From: Mobula hypostoma | Lineage: Eukaryota | Length of the DNA stretch: 64,000 bases | NCBI RefSeq assembly: GCF_963921235.1 | Contig: NC_086109.1 | Coordinates: 20,338,001-20,402,000, forward strand | Direction of reading: 5' to 3' | Part shown: positions 23,596-37,376 of the stretch, piece by piece | Layout of the letters: each line of letters opens with the position of its first letter | Position numbering within the stretch: the stretch's first letter is position 1 | Notes under the pieces: model-generated | What the model was told of the DNA's origin: nothing | Seen by the model: only the letters and a program-made list of their open reading frames with translations | Database searches by the model: none | Made by a program: the position numbers and the translations under genes

Positions 23596-24139
23596 TAAAG
23601 AACCACGACCCTAAAGGAGACCAATCATATCAGTATCAGCTTTTATATAACACTGCAGTTCTGCTTGGTTACCAGGTTTTAGTAAAGGGATCTCTACAAC
23701 TGAACAGCTTACCTTCACTAAAAGCATCAGGCCATACGAAGGAGCTGAGGAAGATTGATCGAGTTATTGGAGGACAGTCACCAGCGGTACAATACAGTTA
23801 TTCGATGAAGGATTACAAAACGTTCCTCAGTCCCATGTGACCACTCCTGTGTTGATCCACACACCAAAGTGTATCGATCGTTAGTACTGTGTCAAATCCA
23901 CTTCCTCCACAGTTCTCTCTAGATTGAGCATTTGTTTCCTTTAAGGAGATTAGCTTCAGATGTCAAAGTGCATGGAGAATTATCTATTACCACACCCTAC
24001 TGCCCTGCCAACTACCCATCCTTTGCGACCATGAGCTCATCTAGAATTCCACTGCCGTTTCCTAGTTCACCAAGTCTGCACATTATTGTCTGTGGATTTT
24101 CACCGACCTCAGTTCCCAGTCTGGTAGCAGTCAGATTTT

Positions 24140-24602
24140 CAAGCTTTCATCCTTATCGCAGATTCATACATGACTTAATCCTCAGCAACCTCCTGTAGCC
24201 TTATAATCCATTATATGCTTCTAATTTCCAGCCTGCTCAATGAAGCTCTGATCTTCAACACCCTACCAAAGCGAGCCATGTTTCTAAATCGCAAATGCTG
24301 GAAGTCTCTCCTGAACTGTCTCATTACCTTTTCATCTCCTCTATCACGACTTATCTCAATATCTGATGCAAGGGATTCTGCAGATGCTGGAAATCTTCAG
24401 CCACACACGTATGCAATGCTGGAAGAGCTTGCCAAGTTCCTCCAGCAACTTGTGTGCATTGCTCAATATTTATTGCCATCGGTTTGGTTTTTGGACACCT
24501 GTCCTAGTATGTGGCTCACTGTGAAGTCTCCTTCCATTTCACTCCTGTGAGGCACCCTGAGGCATTTAACTGTTAAAGGTCGTCTATACCAGGATGTTGT
24601 TA
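24140..24602 (+). mobile_element. Old L2-type 3' fragment with nested PLE fold-back piece (24365-24465)
   Basis: L2-like tail TGTGAGGCACCCTGAGGCATTTAACTGTTAAAGGTCGTCTATA. Confidence 0.5.
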
Positions 24603-26097
24603 AGCTGGGGATACAGGCCCCCACAATAAATACCTTCATGGATAAACACATTTGCCCTATAATAGGATAGAAGCACTCATGTGACCCTCCAGATGCCATA
24701 ATACATCCTACCACCACCTTAAATGAGAGGTAATTTCTTGGCACAGACTGCCACTCCTGGGTGGCAAGGTGCCCTCTAACAGCAGATAAGAGTCATGTGT
24801 GGAATTAACCACAGCTGGCCGCAAATTCTTAAACCCATCTGGGATCATTCCGTCTTTGTAATTACTTGTTCCAGTCAGGAGGGCACATAAGGTTGTTTCA
24901 CCCTTGTTCTGGAGGGAATTAAAATGCAATTTAATATTTTGACATGTACCTGGTGTTTCTCTCGACTGTTTTTATTCACAAGAGGGTAGTATTCAGTCGT
25001 GCGCAGCCTTACGATTAGCTCATGACAAATCGGCCTCTTAACTTTATGTTTCTGTGCTCTATATGCACTGATGTCCTTATTCAAAAAAAAAATAGGCTAT
25101 CACTCTCAGCCTTGAAAATATCAATTGTTCTCATCCCCGCGCCACCCCCAGGCATCGATTGGGGTGGGGGCAGGGGGAGTTTCAGATTTCCACTGCAATT
25201 AGCGGTAGTCTGTATCACATGGTTTCAGCTATAGTTTGGATCACAACATATTTCCAAACAGAATGCATCTATTTCCATTCACCCTGCTCTCTTTAAAGTC
25301 CTCAGGGATGTGCATCCCAGTGTAGGCAGCAGGATCGTCCTAACATTTATGAATCTACGCTAAGTTAGCTGCTTCCATTCAGAAAAGTAGCAACCACCAT
25401 CACTCTATCTATCACATCAGTTGGGTGCATCTATATAGAAATTCCAACATGAAATAAGCGCACAGAGTTCTAATGATTGCTCAGAGAAATCATATTATTC
25501 TCACCCCCAAGAAATCATTCAGCTTGTCTTCTGAAATAAAAGCAAATCACATGGCCTTTTATCATATACTGAATGCCATTTGGTTCAAAAGCACTGCTTT
25601 AACAACTTTACAACAAAGGGGCACAATTCTTTGATAATGCATTTGAAACATTTTCATTTTAAAATGGATGTCAATGTGCAACTTCTAATCTGTCACATTC
25701 TTCAGGTGCCTTACTTTGAGTTAGAAAGTTTGGGAATGATTATTTCCATGTGGAACAAGGTCAAAGGGTGTTAATTTTTTTTTACATTCAATATTAAACT
25801 GGAGTTTCTTTCTTTCCCTTTTTGTTCTTCTGAGGAATGTTCTGCTTGGAATGTTAGATCCAGAGGCCCAGAGCTGCCCCAGATCTGTGCTTATTTTGCT
25901 CCTTTGAATGATAGACACAGTGAAAGTTTAGATCTGTTCCTTGCATTTTCTTTTGTTTTAGATAATAAACCTTCAGAATGTGTGTATGAGATCGGGGAAT
26001 TGGGTGATTCTTGATTCTGATGGGCGCAAGAGTACTTGTCTACTTGTCTTCCGTCACTATATCTGTCTACTTTCCACAGCCTATAGATTCCATTCCG

Positions 26098-26390
26098 TGT
26101 GGCGTGTGGCCAAGTGGTTAGGGTGTTGGGCTCACGATCTGAAGGTCGTGGGTTCAAGTTTCGGCCAAGGCAGCGTGTTGTGTCTTTGAGCAAGGCACTT
26201 AACCACACACTGCTCCAGTCCACCCAGCTGAAAATGGGTACCAGCAAATGCTGGGGGTTAACCTCGCTATAGACTGGTGTCCTATCCAGGGTGGGGGGTG
26301 GGGAGAGGCTCATACTCTCGGTCGCTTAACGCCACACAAAACCGACATAAGCACCGGCCTGATGGGCCACAAGGCCGTGACAGACTTTAA
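26098..26390 (+). mobile_element. tRNA-derived SINE with CORE-like domain
   Basis: A box TGGCCAAGTGG, B box GGTTCAAGTTT; TGTGTCTTTGAGCAAGGCACTTAAC...CTGAAAATGGG resembles the CORE domain; sister copy at 52612-52908. Confidence 0.85.
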
Positions 26391-26777
26391 ATAGACTCCA
26401 TTCCTCTCTTCGGCAATTACCTGAGGTTGAAACAGGTTCTACAAAACATTGATTTTGGCCAACCACAACCCTGCCTCAGTTCACCTTTGATAGAAAGCCA
26501 GACTTAACTATCCTGATGCACAATCGAGCAGTCCCTGAATTCTCACACTGCACAGGGAACCAGTCTAAGCTTGAGACGGCACGATCCTGTTCATTTATTT
26601 CCCCTGTCCTGACTGACCTGGATTGACTCCAAGTAAAGCAACCCATGAACTTTAAAATTCCTATCCTTCTTTATAAACCCTCCATACCCTCATTCCTCCC
26701 TATCTCTACATTTTTTTAAGTCAGCTCCTTGAAAATTTTTCTTTCGCTCATCTCATTTGCTCCTTACATTACATTTT

Positions 26778-27352
26778 AGAACATAGAACATAGAACAGTC
26801 CAACAGCACAACAGGCTGTTCGGCTCACGATATTGTACCGAATTAATTAAACTAATAATGAAATGCCCAATTAAACTAATCCCTTATGTCTATATCCCAC
26901 CATTTTCTGCATGCCATGTGTCTAAGAGGCTTTTAAAAACCTCTGTCGTATTGGCCTCCGACGTCACCCCTGGTAGCACATTCCAGGCATCCTTCATTCT
27001 CATTGTAAAAGAACTTGCCCCACACGTCTCCCCTCTACTTGCCCCCTCTCAGCTTAAAAGCACGTCCTCCTGTATTAGGTATTTTGATCCTGGAATAAAG
27101 ATACCAGCTGTCTATCTATGCCTCGCATAATCTTATAAACTTCTATCAGCTCTCTCCTCAGCCTCTGCCTTTGCAGAGAAAACAAATGAAGTTTGCCCAA
27201 CCTCTCCTTATAGCACATGCCCTCTAATCCAGGCAGCATAAACCTCTTCCACACACTCCACAAGGTCTTCTTGTCCTTTCTATAATGGGGCAACCGGAAA
27301 TGGTTGCAAACCTCCAGATGAGGATGAACTAGAGCTTTATAAAGCTGCATTT
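26778..27352 (-). mobile_element. CR1 3' fragment
   Basis: ORF 27075-27350 LYKALVHPHLE...PHYRKD...YKERL; (TTCTATG)n tail. Confidence 0.88.
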
Positions 27353-27424
27353 AGATTTATAAAGCACCTGCAAACTGCCTCGTGCATTATACATATATAC
27401 ATTCATGTTGTTGTTGGAAATATT

Positions 27425-28090
27425 GGCGGGAGGAGAAGATGGCGGCACGACGCAGCGCGCGCTGCCTCTCCAGTGATGAATATCTGTTATCTGTCAAGTA
27501 GAAGGCCGTGAACAATTGTGATTTGATGGAGACTGATGTGAGAGCACGGAGGAACATCTGGTGAAACTTCCGAAATACCTGTTTCGCTGCCGCCGCTACT
27601 GTGTGATCCAGAATCTCCGGAGGGGAATGCCCTGAATCCTCAGTTTTGCCTGTTGCTTGGTGGCTGGGGCCAGGGTCGAAGCGCTCGGTAGAAATGGTGC
27701 TCGGTGTCGGAGGGCTGGTTGGAGGCTCGAAGTTTTCGGACGGACTCAGAGTCGGACTGTGGTCGGGTGCTTCCAGGATGCTGCATCGGCAGCTTTGCAA
27801 TGCTGGAAGCTAATGGCAGGAAGAGTTTCTCCCTTCTACCGTCTGCGTGAGATGTTGGGGCCATCGAGACTTTGAGACTTTTTTTTACCGTGCCCATGGT
27901 CTGCTCTTATCAAATTACAGTATTGTTTTGCACTGTTGTAACTATATGTTGTAATTATGTGTTTTTTGTCAGTTTCAGTCTTGGTCTGTCCTGTGTTTCT
28001 GTGATATCATACTGGAGGAGCATTGTATCATTTTTAATGAATGCATTTCTAAATGACAATAAACGAAGACTGAGTGTCCTCATAATCTAA
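27425..28090 (+). mobile_element. Non-autonomous GC-rich element with YY1-type head and Rex1/Babar-like tail
   Basis: Begins GGCGGGAGGAGAAGATGGCGGC; CpG-rich; no ORF; ends AATGACAATAAA...ATAATCTAA. Confidence 0.65.
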
Positions 28091-28387
28091 AAAAGAACAC
28101 TGTTAAGTTTTATCAGAATACAGAGGAGGGAAAGTTTTTCTGGGAATTCAGGAGTTCCATCACTGTCTCTGTGGAATGGTTGCAGACAATCGACCTAAAT
28201 GCAATCAGGTCACATGGATATCCTGAGCCGACCAAAGATTTTGTACATGAGTTTTCAGGCTAGGAACAGTAATAAGCCACTCAGCCACTTTGTGGCTATA
28301 CTAACATTTAGTAAGATCATGACCAACCTGGTCCTAATCTCAGTTCAATATGCTTGTCTACCAGCAGAAGCTATACACTCCATTTTG

Positions 28388-28850
28388 AACACAGAACATA
28401 GAACAATATTGAGCAGGAACAGACCCTTCAACCTGTGATGTTGTGCCAAAATAAGTAAATTAATGTCACCTAATCCCATTTGTTGCACATAGTCCACCAC
28501 CTCCCATTCTCTGCACACTCATGTGCTCATCTGAGAACTTCTTAAGTGCCTTTTTCATATCTGCCTCCACCCTGGCAGTGCATTCCAGGCACCTATGCCC
28601 TCTACATAAAAGAAACTCACCCTGCATATCTCCTTTGAATTTTCCCCTTTCACCTTGAATGAATTTTAAATGTTTCCAATCCCGGGAAAAAGATATTGGC
28701 TATCTACTTCATCTAGACCTCTCACAATTCCATAAGGTCTCCCCTCACCCTCCGGCACTCCAGAGAAAACAAATCAAATATGTCCAACATCTCCATATAG
28801 CTCATGACATCCAATTGAAGCAACATCCAGGTAAACCTCTTCTGCACTTT
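28388..28850 (-). mobile_element. Degenerate CR1 3' fragment
   Basis: Similar to 26778-27352, including the AGAACATAGAAC tail. Confidence 0.75.
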
Positions 28851-29214
28851 CTTGCTTATAAAGTTCTACTGCCCTGTAATTCTCATTTCACCGCCCTTAG
28901 AAGAAGAAAGTACCAAAAGCTCATGACCATCTGGGGCTATTTCTATTTTAAACGAGCAATCCTGATTTTAACTGGTTATTCTTATACCTAGGTTTTCCCA
29001 CAAGAAGAAACATCCTCTCCACACCCAGCTATCAAGACCTCAGGATCTTGTCTATTTTAATAAACACCCTCTTACTGTTCTAAGTTCCGGGGTGGCCTGT
29101 CCTTATAAGATAGTCCATGCACTCAGGGTATGTCAGTGCAGATTTGTATTCCCGTGGCTCATAATTTCAGGAGTGAGAGTGGCAGTTTCCGAGTCAGTAC
29201 CAGAATCACTGACA

Positions 29215-30010
29215 TACACTCAGTGGCCACTTTATTAGGTACAGGAGGTAACTAATAAAGCGGCCATTGGTTGTATGCTTGTTGTCTACTGTTGCTGTAG
29301 CCCATCCGCTTCATGATTTGACATGTTGTGCATTCAGAGATGCTTTTCTGTACACCGCTGTTGCAACAAGCGGTTATTTGAATTGCTGTCACCTTCCTGT
29401 CAGCTTGAACCAGTCCGGCCATTCTCCTCTGACCTCTCTTAATAACAAGCTGTTTTCGCCTGCAGAACTGCCACTCACTCGATGCATTTTGGTTTTTGCA
29501 TCATTCTCTGTAAACTCAGAAGAAGATAAGAAATAGGAGCAGGAGTCGGCCATCTGGTCCGTTAAGCCTGATCCGCCTTTCAATAAGATAATGGCTGATT
29601 TGGCCATGGACTCATCTCCACCTACCTGCCTTTTCCCCATAACCCCTAATTCCCCTACTATGCAAGAATCTATCTAATCTTGTCTTAAATATATTTACTG
29701 ATGTAGTCTCCTCTGCTTCATTGGGCAGAGAATTTCACAGATTCTCTAGAACCCTAGAGACTGTTGTGTATGAAAATCCCCGGAGATCAGCAATTTCAGA
29801 GATACTAAAACTACCCCATCCCGCACCAACAATCATTCCATGGTCAAAGTCACTTAGATCACATCCCATTCTGATGTTTGGTCTGAACAACAACTGAACC
29901 TCTTGATCATGTCTGCATGCTTTTATGCATTGAGCTGCTGCCACGTGATTGGCTGAGTAGATATTTGCATTAACAAGCAGGTGTACCTCATAAAGTGGCC
30001 ACTTAGTGTC
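29215..30010 (-). mobile_element. Tc1 MITE copy with a nested CR1 3' end (about 29518-29745)
   Basis: Same TIRs and HTH remnant (CDLSDFDHGMIVGAGWG...SEIADL) as 3835-4397. Confidence 0.88.
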
Positions 30011-31032
30011 TAATATCAAATTTGCTGTTTTGCAGTGCAGTGTGAATCATACAAACATAACTTAAGTTGCAAAAATAATTATATAAATAAATAGGTAATG
30101 CAAACAGAGAACAAAATGAGAGTGCTCGTGAGTTTATGGTCCGTTCAGAAATCTGATGGTAGAGGAGAAACTGTTCCTAAAAAGTTGAGTTTGTGGCTTT
30201 AGGCTCCTACGCCTCCTCCCTGATGGTGCCAATGTGAAGAGTTCCAGTGTAAAAGCTGCTTTCTACCCTAGCGATTAAATCACTCCAAGCTAAGGATTTA
30301 AAGGCTTGTGGACTGTAAGTAAGAGATGTTGAAAGAGGCGAGTTTTAGATTCTTGAGGAACGATGTTAGAGTTTTAGGCCAAGTATACCAGTACTGTTAC
30401 TGCGCTGTTTATGGAGTTCCCTAATGAAATATTTATCCCAATAACGCATCTTGTATTTTAGGATGAACTTTCCATAGTTTATATAACCTTTGCTGCTCAT
30501 ATCCCACGGACAATTTGCTTACTTGAAAGAAGCCTGAAGCTGATTGGAAGGTGATCCTGTCTGTGGGGCAGTGAGCAGCAATCGCATTGGAATGTTTTAA
30601 AAAGCATGTGTGTTTAAAATGGCAGGGATCAGAATTTATAAACAGTTTGAAAGGAGATCCATATGGATATCATTACTCTACTCAGCTGAATTCTGGTTGT
30701 TTATGCAAAAGTCGAGGAATTATTGCAAAAACAATGCAGAGAGATATAAAAGGGGTGCACCAAGTGACTGGTGCATACATAACACCCGGTCACAATGTGT
30801 AGTCACATTGTAAATGTGTCTGTTTGCTATTTCTGGTGATATCAGAAATAATTTCAGTTCCAAGGGTAAGATGTAAAGAGTGACAAGGCAGCTTGTGTCC
30901 CAGTCTAGGCTGGGCAGAAAGACCAATGGAAGAATTAAAGCTGAATGTTCCAGAAATGGTTCATTACTGGAGATGACCAATGCATAATCACACTTCAACG
31001 TCACAAATCCCTCAGCAAGAGATGCAGGTATA

Positions 31033-31326
31033 GGGCGGCACGGTAGTGTAATGGTTAGCACAATGCTTTGCAGTACCAGTGACCTGGGTTCAATTCTTGC
31101 CACTGTCTGTAAGGAGCTTATACGTTCTCCCCGTGACCGTGTGGGTTTCCTCTGGGTGCTCTGGTTTCCTCCCATAGTTCAAAGACGTACTGGTTGGTAA
31201 GTTAATAGGCCATTGTAAATTGTCCCGTGAGTAGACCAGTGTTAAATCGGGGGTTGCTGGGCGGTGTGGCTCGACAGGCCGGTAGGGCCTATTCTGCACT
31301 GTATCTCAATAAAATAAATAAATAAA
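31033..31326 (+). mobile_element. HE1-like V-SINE (full length) with CR1-type tail
   Basis: tRNA head (GGTAGTGTAATGG, GGTTCAATTC), V domain GTTCTCCCCGTGACCGTGTGGGTTTCCTCTGGGTGCTCTGGTTTCCTCCCA, (TAAA)n tail; other copies at about 33775-33970, 35724-35980, 43405-43547, 46463-46580(-), 56390-56620, 61020-61185(-). Confidence 0.9.
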
Positions 31327-31696
31327 GCAGACTCTTCTGATAACTCTGTGGTTTGGTGTTTTATATTCTGTGTTTTACCTCTTTTTTTGCCGTTTGCCGT
31401 TGTTGTTTTTCTTTGAATGAGTTTCATGGTTTTCTTTGTTTCATGCTGTCTGTGGGGAAGATGAATCTCAGGCTTGTATTCTGCACACATACTTTGATAA
31501 TAAATGTACTTTGAAGCTTTGATAATTGGAATTAGCACACTGGCGTATGGACATACACATACACTGATTGCACTGGACAGAATGCAAAGGAGATCCACCA
31601 GTGTGTTAACTAGGATGGAAACTTTTAACAGTGAGGAAAGGTGAGTTGGAGCAGAGATGCCTGAGGGAAGATCTGTTTAAGGTGAACAAAATTCTA

Positions 31697-32385
31697 ACCA
31701 TATAACAATTACAGCAAGGAATCAGGCCATCTCGGCCCTTCTAGTCCGTGCCGAACGCTTACTCTCACCTAGTCCCACCGACCTGCACTCAGCCAATAAC
31801 CCTCCATTCTTTTCCTGTCCATATAGCTATCCAATTTAACTTTAAATGACAATATCGAACCTGCCTCAACCACTTCTACTGGAATCTCGTTCCACACAGC
31901 TACCACTCTCTGAGTAAAGAAGTTCCCCCTCGTGTTACTCCTAAACTTTTGCCCCCTAACTCTCAACTCATGTCCTCTTGTTTGAATCTCCCCTATTCTC
32001 AATGGAAAAAGCCTATCCACATCAATTCTATCTATCCCCCTCATAATTTTAAATACCTCTATCAAGTCCCCCCTCAATCTTCTACGCTCCAAAGAATAAA
32101 GACTCAACTTGTTCAACCTTTCTCTGTAACTTAGGTGCTGAAACCCAGGTAACATTCTAGTAAATTTTCTCTGTACTCTCTCTATTTTGTTGACATCTTT
32201 CCTATAATTTGGTGACCAGAACTGTACACAATACTCCAAATTTGGCTTTACCAATGCCTTGTACAATTTTAACATTACATCCCAATTTCTATACTCAATG
32301 CTTTGATTTATAAAGACCAGCATATCCAAAGCTTTCTTCACCACCCTATCCACATGAGATTCCACCTTCAGGGAACTATGCACAA
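31697..32385 (-). mobile_element. Young CR1 3' fragment, open 204-aa ORF2 C-terminus
   Basis: LYKALVKPNLEYCVQFWSPNYRKD...LYSLERRRLRGDLIEVFKI...FFTQRVVAVWN. Confidence 0.93.
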
Positions 32386-32644
32386 ATTATGAGGGACAGT
32401 GTTAATAGAGAAAGTGAGAACCATCTTCCGCTGTTAAGGAGAGAAGACAGTACAGGCAGCTCTGCTATAGTGCGATACTTATGTTCCAAAGGAACCTCCG
32501 AGTTACGTAGTCACCGGTAGGTTACACTTATCAGAAGACAGCACATGGAGTGAGAGGCACAGTGTTTAAATGAAGAAGGTCTCGGGACTTGTTGGTAAGT
32601 TTCACTTATCAGGAGATGGGACCTGGAGCGAAAGGTGTGAGTGT

Positions 32645-33027
32645 TAGCTAGGACTTTTCTCTTTGTTGAGGGGACAACTTGATAGAAGTGTACAAGATTA
32701 TGGACAGCTGGCACCTCTTTCTCTGAGGGGCAATAGCCAAAGCCAGAGGGCATCCTTTTAAGGGGAGTGACAGAAAATTTAAGGGAGATGTCATTTTTTT
32801 AAACGGAGTGTGGTGGGTTCCAGGAACGCACTGCTGGGGATAGCGGCAGAAGCTGATGCAATAGGGACACTTAAACACTCTTTGATAGGCACATGGGTGA
32901 AAGCAAAATAGAGGTTATGGGCTGTGTAGCAGGGAAGGGTAGATCAATCATAGAGTATGTTTATATAGGTTGGCACAACATTGTGGGCCAAAGGGCCAGT
33001 ACTGTACTGTGCTGTTCTATGTTCTAA
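32645..33027 (+). mobile_element. CR1 3' fragment
   Basis: LRGQLDRSVQ-type remnants; tail GTGCTGTTCTATGTTCTA. Confidence 0.75.
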
Positions 33028-33109
33028 ACATCATGTTGTAGAAAGTCATCTTAGACTAGACAAGCTTTAGTTGCTTTCAAATCACAGATTTAAACAGATT
33101 TGCCAAACA

Positions 33110-33605
33110 TGGTTGCACCATAGTCAATGATGCCTGAGAAATATAAAAAATATTTCATCATCTAATATTACAGTCAACTGTCCCTCCCCTTCTCTTTTTT
33201 TCCATTCCCCATTCAGACTCCCCACTTACCCCTTCTCCTCACCAGCCTATCACCTCCCTCTGGCACCCCTCTCCCTTCCCTTTCTCCTATGGTCTAATTC
33301 GCTTCTCCTATCAGATTCCTTCTTCAGCCCTTAACCTTTTCCACCTATCACCTGCCAGCTTCTCACTTCAACCCACACCTTCCCTCCCACTGGGTTTCAC
33401 CTACCACCCACCAGCTTGTACACATTCCCCCCCCACCCCCCACTCCATCCCCCCACCATGTTCTTTCTCTGGCTACCTACCTCTTCTTTTCCAGTCCTGA
33501 TGAAGGGTATCGGTCCAAAATGTCACCTGTTTATTCCCCTCCATAGATGCTGCCCGACCTGCTGAGTTCCTCCAGCATTTTGTGTGTTGCTCTAGATTTA
33601 CAGAA
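33110..33605 (+). mobile_element. PLE pLTR remnant
   Basis: Pyrimidine-rich tract, CAGTCCTGATGAAGGG..., then GATGCTGCCCGACCTGCTGAGTTCCTCCAGCATTTTGTG. Confidence 0.8.
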
Positions 33606-34305
33606 TTAATTGCAATTATAACCAACTGGTGTTTTGGAAACATATATTATAGTAGATCAGTAATGTAAAAACAAGATATCACTGCAACTCAGGACAATAG
33701 GGGTGAAAACAATTGTGGCATAATTGAAGGGTTAAATTAATGCAAATTTGATCCAGTAGTCATTACATTAGCAAAACTGTCTGTAAGGAGTTTGTATGTT
33801 CTCCCCATGACCATGTGGGTTTCCCCTCACAGTCCAAAGATGAATTGTTGGTAGGTTAATTGGCCATAGTAAATTGTCCCATTATCAGGCTAGGATTGAA
33901 TTGGGGATTGCATGGCTTGAAGGGCTGAAAGGCCTACTCTGCTCCATATCTCAATAAATACAAGCAAAATAAATTTAAAAAAAAGCATCCCCAGATCAGG
34001 GCAAAAAATTGAAGAGAAAGGATGTTATGTTTGCTTAAAGTCTTACACAGATCACACTTTGGCTTGTGACTAATTTTGATAATCATGTCCTATATAAAGC
34101 TATAGAAACATTGTAGAAACTAGGCAAAGGAATTATCTACAAGAAAATGTTACTGGTAGAGACAATTGATGAAAATTTGTTCTTACTTGCAGGTGACGTG
34201 AGGATTAAGTGTCAAAAATATAAGATGGTCACAAATTTAATAGTGAATTTAGCAGAAACCCCCTCAGTTAAGGAAATAGTTAAAATAGTTTTTAAAAAAA
34301 CACAC

Positions 34306-34730
34306 GGTGATGCCAACAGGCTCAATAAACTGATTAGAAAGGCTGGCTCAGTTATAGGAGTCAAACTGGACACGCTGGAGGCTGTGGTAGAACAAAGGAC
34401 CCTACTGAAAATACTGGCAATTCTGGACAATGTTTCTCACCCTCTGCATGCCACCTTGGAGCACCTTTAGTAATAGACTAAGACAACTGCGTTGCTCCAA
34501 AGAGCGCTATATGAGGTCATTCTTACCCTTGGCCATTAGGCTCTATAATGAGTCAACCTACAACCGGGAAAGTGATGACTCACTCCAATTAGATTGTTTG
34601 AGGTAACTTATTTTTTATTCTTTCTACTTCTCTTCCAATATTTGTATATCTGTGCACGGGTAATGCTACCATAACAGTGTAGTTTCCTTTGGGATCAATA
34701 AAGTATCCATCTATCCATCTATCTATTTAT
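34306..34730 (+). mobile_element. Rex1/Babar 3' fragment
   Basis: DANRLNKLIRKAGSVIGVKLDTLEAVVEQRTL; (TCTA/TCCA)n tail. Confidence 0.88.
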
Positions 34731-37294
34731 TTTTCTACATACTTTGATAATAAATTTACTTTGACTTTGGATGACACACAGACAAAATGTTTTTCACTGA
34801 ATCTCAGTACATGTGACAATGATACGATGAGATCCTTGCTATTGGTTTTATCTGAGATTAGACAATAAGACATAGGAGCTGAATGATGGTCCATTCGGCC
34901 CATCGAGTCTGCACCGCCATTGCATCATGGTTGATTTATTAACCCCCTCAACCACATTCTCCTGCCTTCTCCCCATAACCTGTGATGTCCTTATTAACCA
35001 ACAACCTATCACACCTTCCAACCACAGGAGAGTGGGGGTGAGGGGGCAGGATTTGGATGGCAATTGAATAGATAAGAAAAAGAGATTGCATATCTGACTG
35101 AATTTTCTCTGATGTGCTTTTTAGCACAGTAGGGACTTGAAAATGGATATTTCTGGAAACATTGATTTCAGCATTAGTGCTCGGCTTTGCATTTAACTAC
35201 AAGACCACTGAGAGACTTGGCCAAGACTCCCCAAAGTTCTTCTTCCTTTTCCTGTATGACAAGGGTACACTTACTTTCTAATGGAATAAATGAAAAGAAC
35301 ATATTGATTGCAAACATAAGTAATTTAAGGACCAGAACATGTTCCAAGCCTGAAATAAAAGCAGAAAGTGCTGGAAATATTCAGCAGGGCAAACAGCATC
35401 TGACTTGAAAGGTTAGAACAGTTAATCTTCCCACAGATGCTCCCTGACCTGCTGAGGGTTTCCGGCATTTTCTGTTTTTATTTCAGATTTCCAGCATCTG
35501 CAGTATATATTATTGGCAAATGCTAATCATTTTAATAAAGGAAATAGTGATTTTTTTTTGTTCATTGTAGGAATTTAGACCTGATGATATAATCTATATT
35601 GAGAAATAAAATTATTTTCTCCTGGTTAAACAACTGTTCCACCTAACTAGCTACAAGTGATAGACCTTTGTTTGAAACCTCTTAGATCAGAAGCAAATCA
35701 AATTTAGCTGTGGTAGCTTTACAGGGCATCACAGTAGCAGAGCAGTCAGTGTGACGCTGTTGCAGATCAGGGTGTTGGAGCTTGGGGTTCAATTCCAGTG
35801 TCCTCTGTAAGAAATTTGTACATTCCTTACCGTGAGCATGTGGGTTTCCTCTGCATGCTCTGGTTTCCTCCCACAGTCCGAAGACGTACCGATTAGTAGG
35901 TTAATTGGTCATTGTAAATTGTCCAGTGATTTAGGCAAGTGTTATATAGGTGGGTTAGGGGGGTTGTTGGGTAGTGTGTATCTTTACATATATATATTTT
36001 TTTAAACTCACAATCCAGGCTGCAAGAAATAGACACATTCAGACAAAAGATACTGTCGAATTCTTCCCGAGTCAACACAGCACTCCACAGCAAAGTAAAT
36101 TGTAATTTGTTATTAGATTATCCATCTCAAAATAAATCAACAATATATCTCTGTAAAGATAGGGATTTGAGCAGCCTTGATTTTTTTTTCAGTGTTATGA
36201 TGAAGATCATCGATATTTTCCAGAGTAGAACATATTTTATTGGTTGGATCATGTAACTCTGATAAATTAGACCCAATACTTCATTGCAAATCATGTTTGC
36301 AGAAACCATTTATCATGTTCAAAGATTCAAAGCACACTTATTATCAAAATGTGTATACAGTTTACAACCCTGAGTTTTATCTTCCCACAGACAGTCAGGT
36401 AACAAAGAAACCATGGAACCCATGGAGAAGTTTATTCCAGAGTTTATTTTAAACCTTGCCAACTCTTCTGATATTTCATTTCTTTTTACTGAATTGTGAA
36501 ATTGTTCTCATAATGCTGTAATCTGTGTCTATTCTCCGTAATCTGCAATACTTAAAAGTGTGCCTTTCTGGGGGATGTAAAGAGGCTTGGACAAGCTGAG
36601 GGAGTGGAATATAATGTGAGGTCGTCCACACATCCTCCAAAAGGATCACAGGCTCCAACGGTAGCAGAACCACATTTGAAAAAAAAGATGTTAAAGCAGT
36701 GAAAGAAGTACTCTCATTTTAATTCATTTAAGCTTTACTCGGATCTGGGATTCACCGGCAAAGTTAGTCTTTATTGCTGATGCAGGGATTCGACTCGAAA
36801 CATTGAATGTTCCTTCCCCCTGCTCGATACGCTGAGCTCCTTCAGCAGATTGATTGTTCTTGCAGATTCCAGCAACTACCGTGTCTTGTGCCAGCATTCA
36901 CTGGATATCTGTAATCATCCTTGCGAAATTGGTGTGAGCCGTCTTCCTCTGACTTTGGGGCCCCATATCTAAGTATAGATATGCTGGCATTGGAGAGGAT
37001 CCAGATGAGGTTTACAAGAAGGATCCCGAGAATGAAAAGACACTTGAAGATTCGACAGTAGTACCTGCAGCATTATCTTATTGCCCTCAGGGGAAAACTC
37101 TTTCCATGAGCCAGGCAGACCGAAGAAAGATATAATCACATTGGGGCCCAGTGATGGTTCCTTGTGACTTTGACCTCGAGCACAAAAGGATAATATTTTT
37201 CACTGTTTGGCATGTTTGTGAGTGTGTTTCCCCCGGGATCAATAAAGTATGACTATGACTATGACTATGGCTATGTGTCAGAGTCTGTTTAGAC

Positions 37295-37376
37295 CAGGGT
37301 TTCCCAACCTTTAATTATGCCATGGACCCCTACCATTAACTGATGGGTCCACGGACTCCCGGGTTGGGAACCTCTG
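37295..37376. mobile_element. hAT/Charlie (MER5-like) MITE, 82 bp
   Basis: TIR CAGGGTTTCCCAACC / GGTTGGGAACCTCTG; 8-bp TSD GTTTAGAC/GTTAAGAC. Confidence 0.85.

Noticed and set aside
26355..26385. CTGATG(A/G)GCC...GGC in the SINE tail (also at 52865) as a hammerhead
   Set aside because: It lacks the GAAA and NUH parts of the catalytic core and is more likely a LINE-type 3' stem-loop.
30462..30552. Possible exon after TATTTTAG (DELSIVYITF...)
   Set aside because: Weak donor site (GTGATC), unrecognised peptide and no partner exons.
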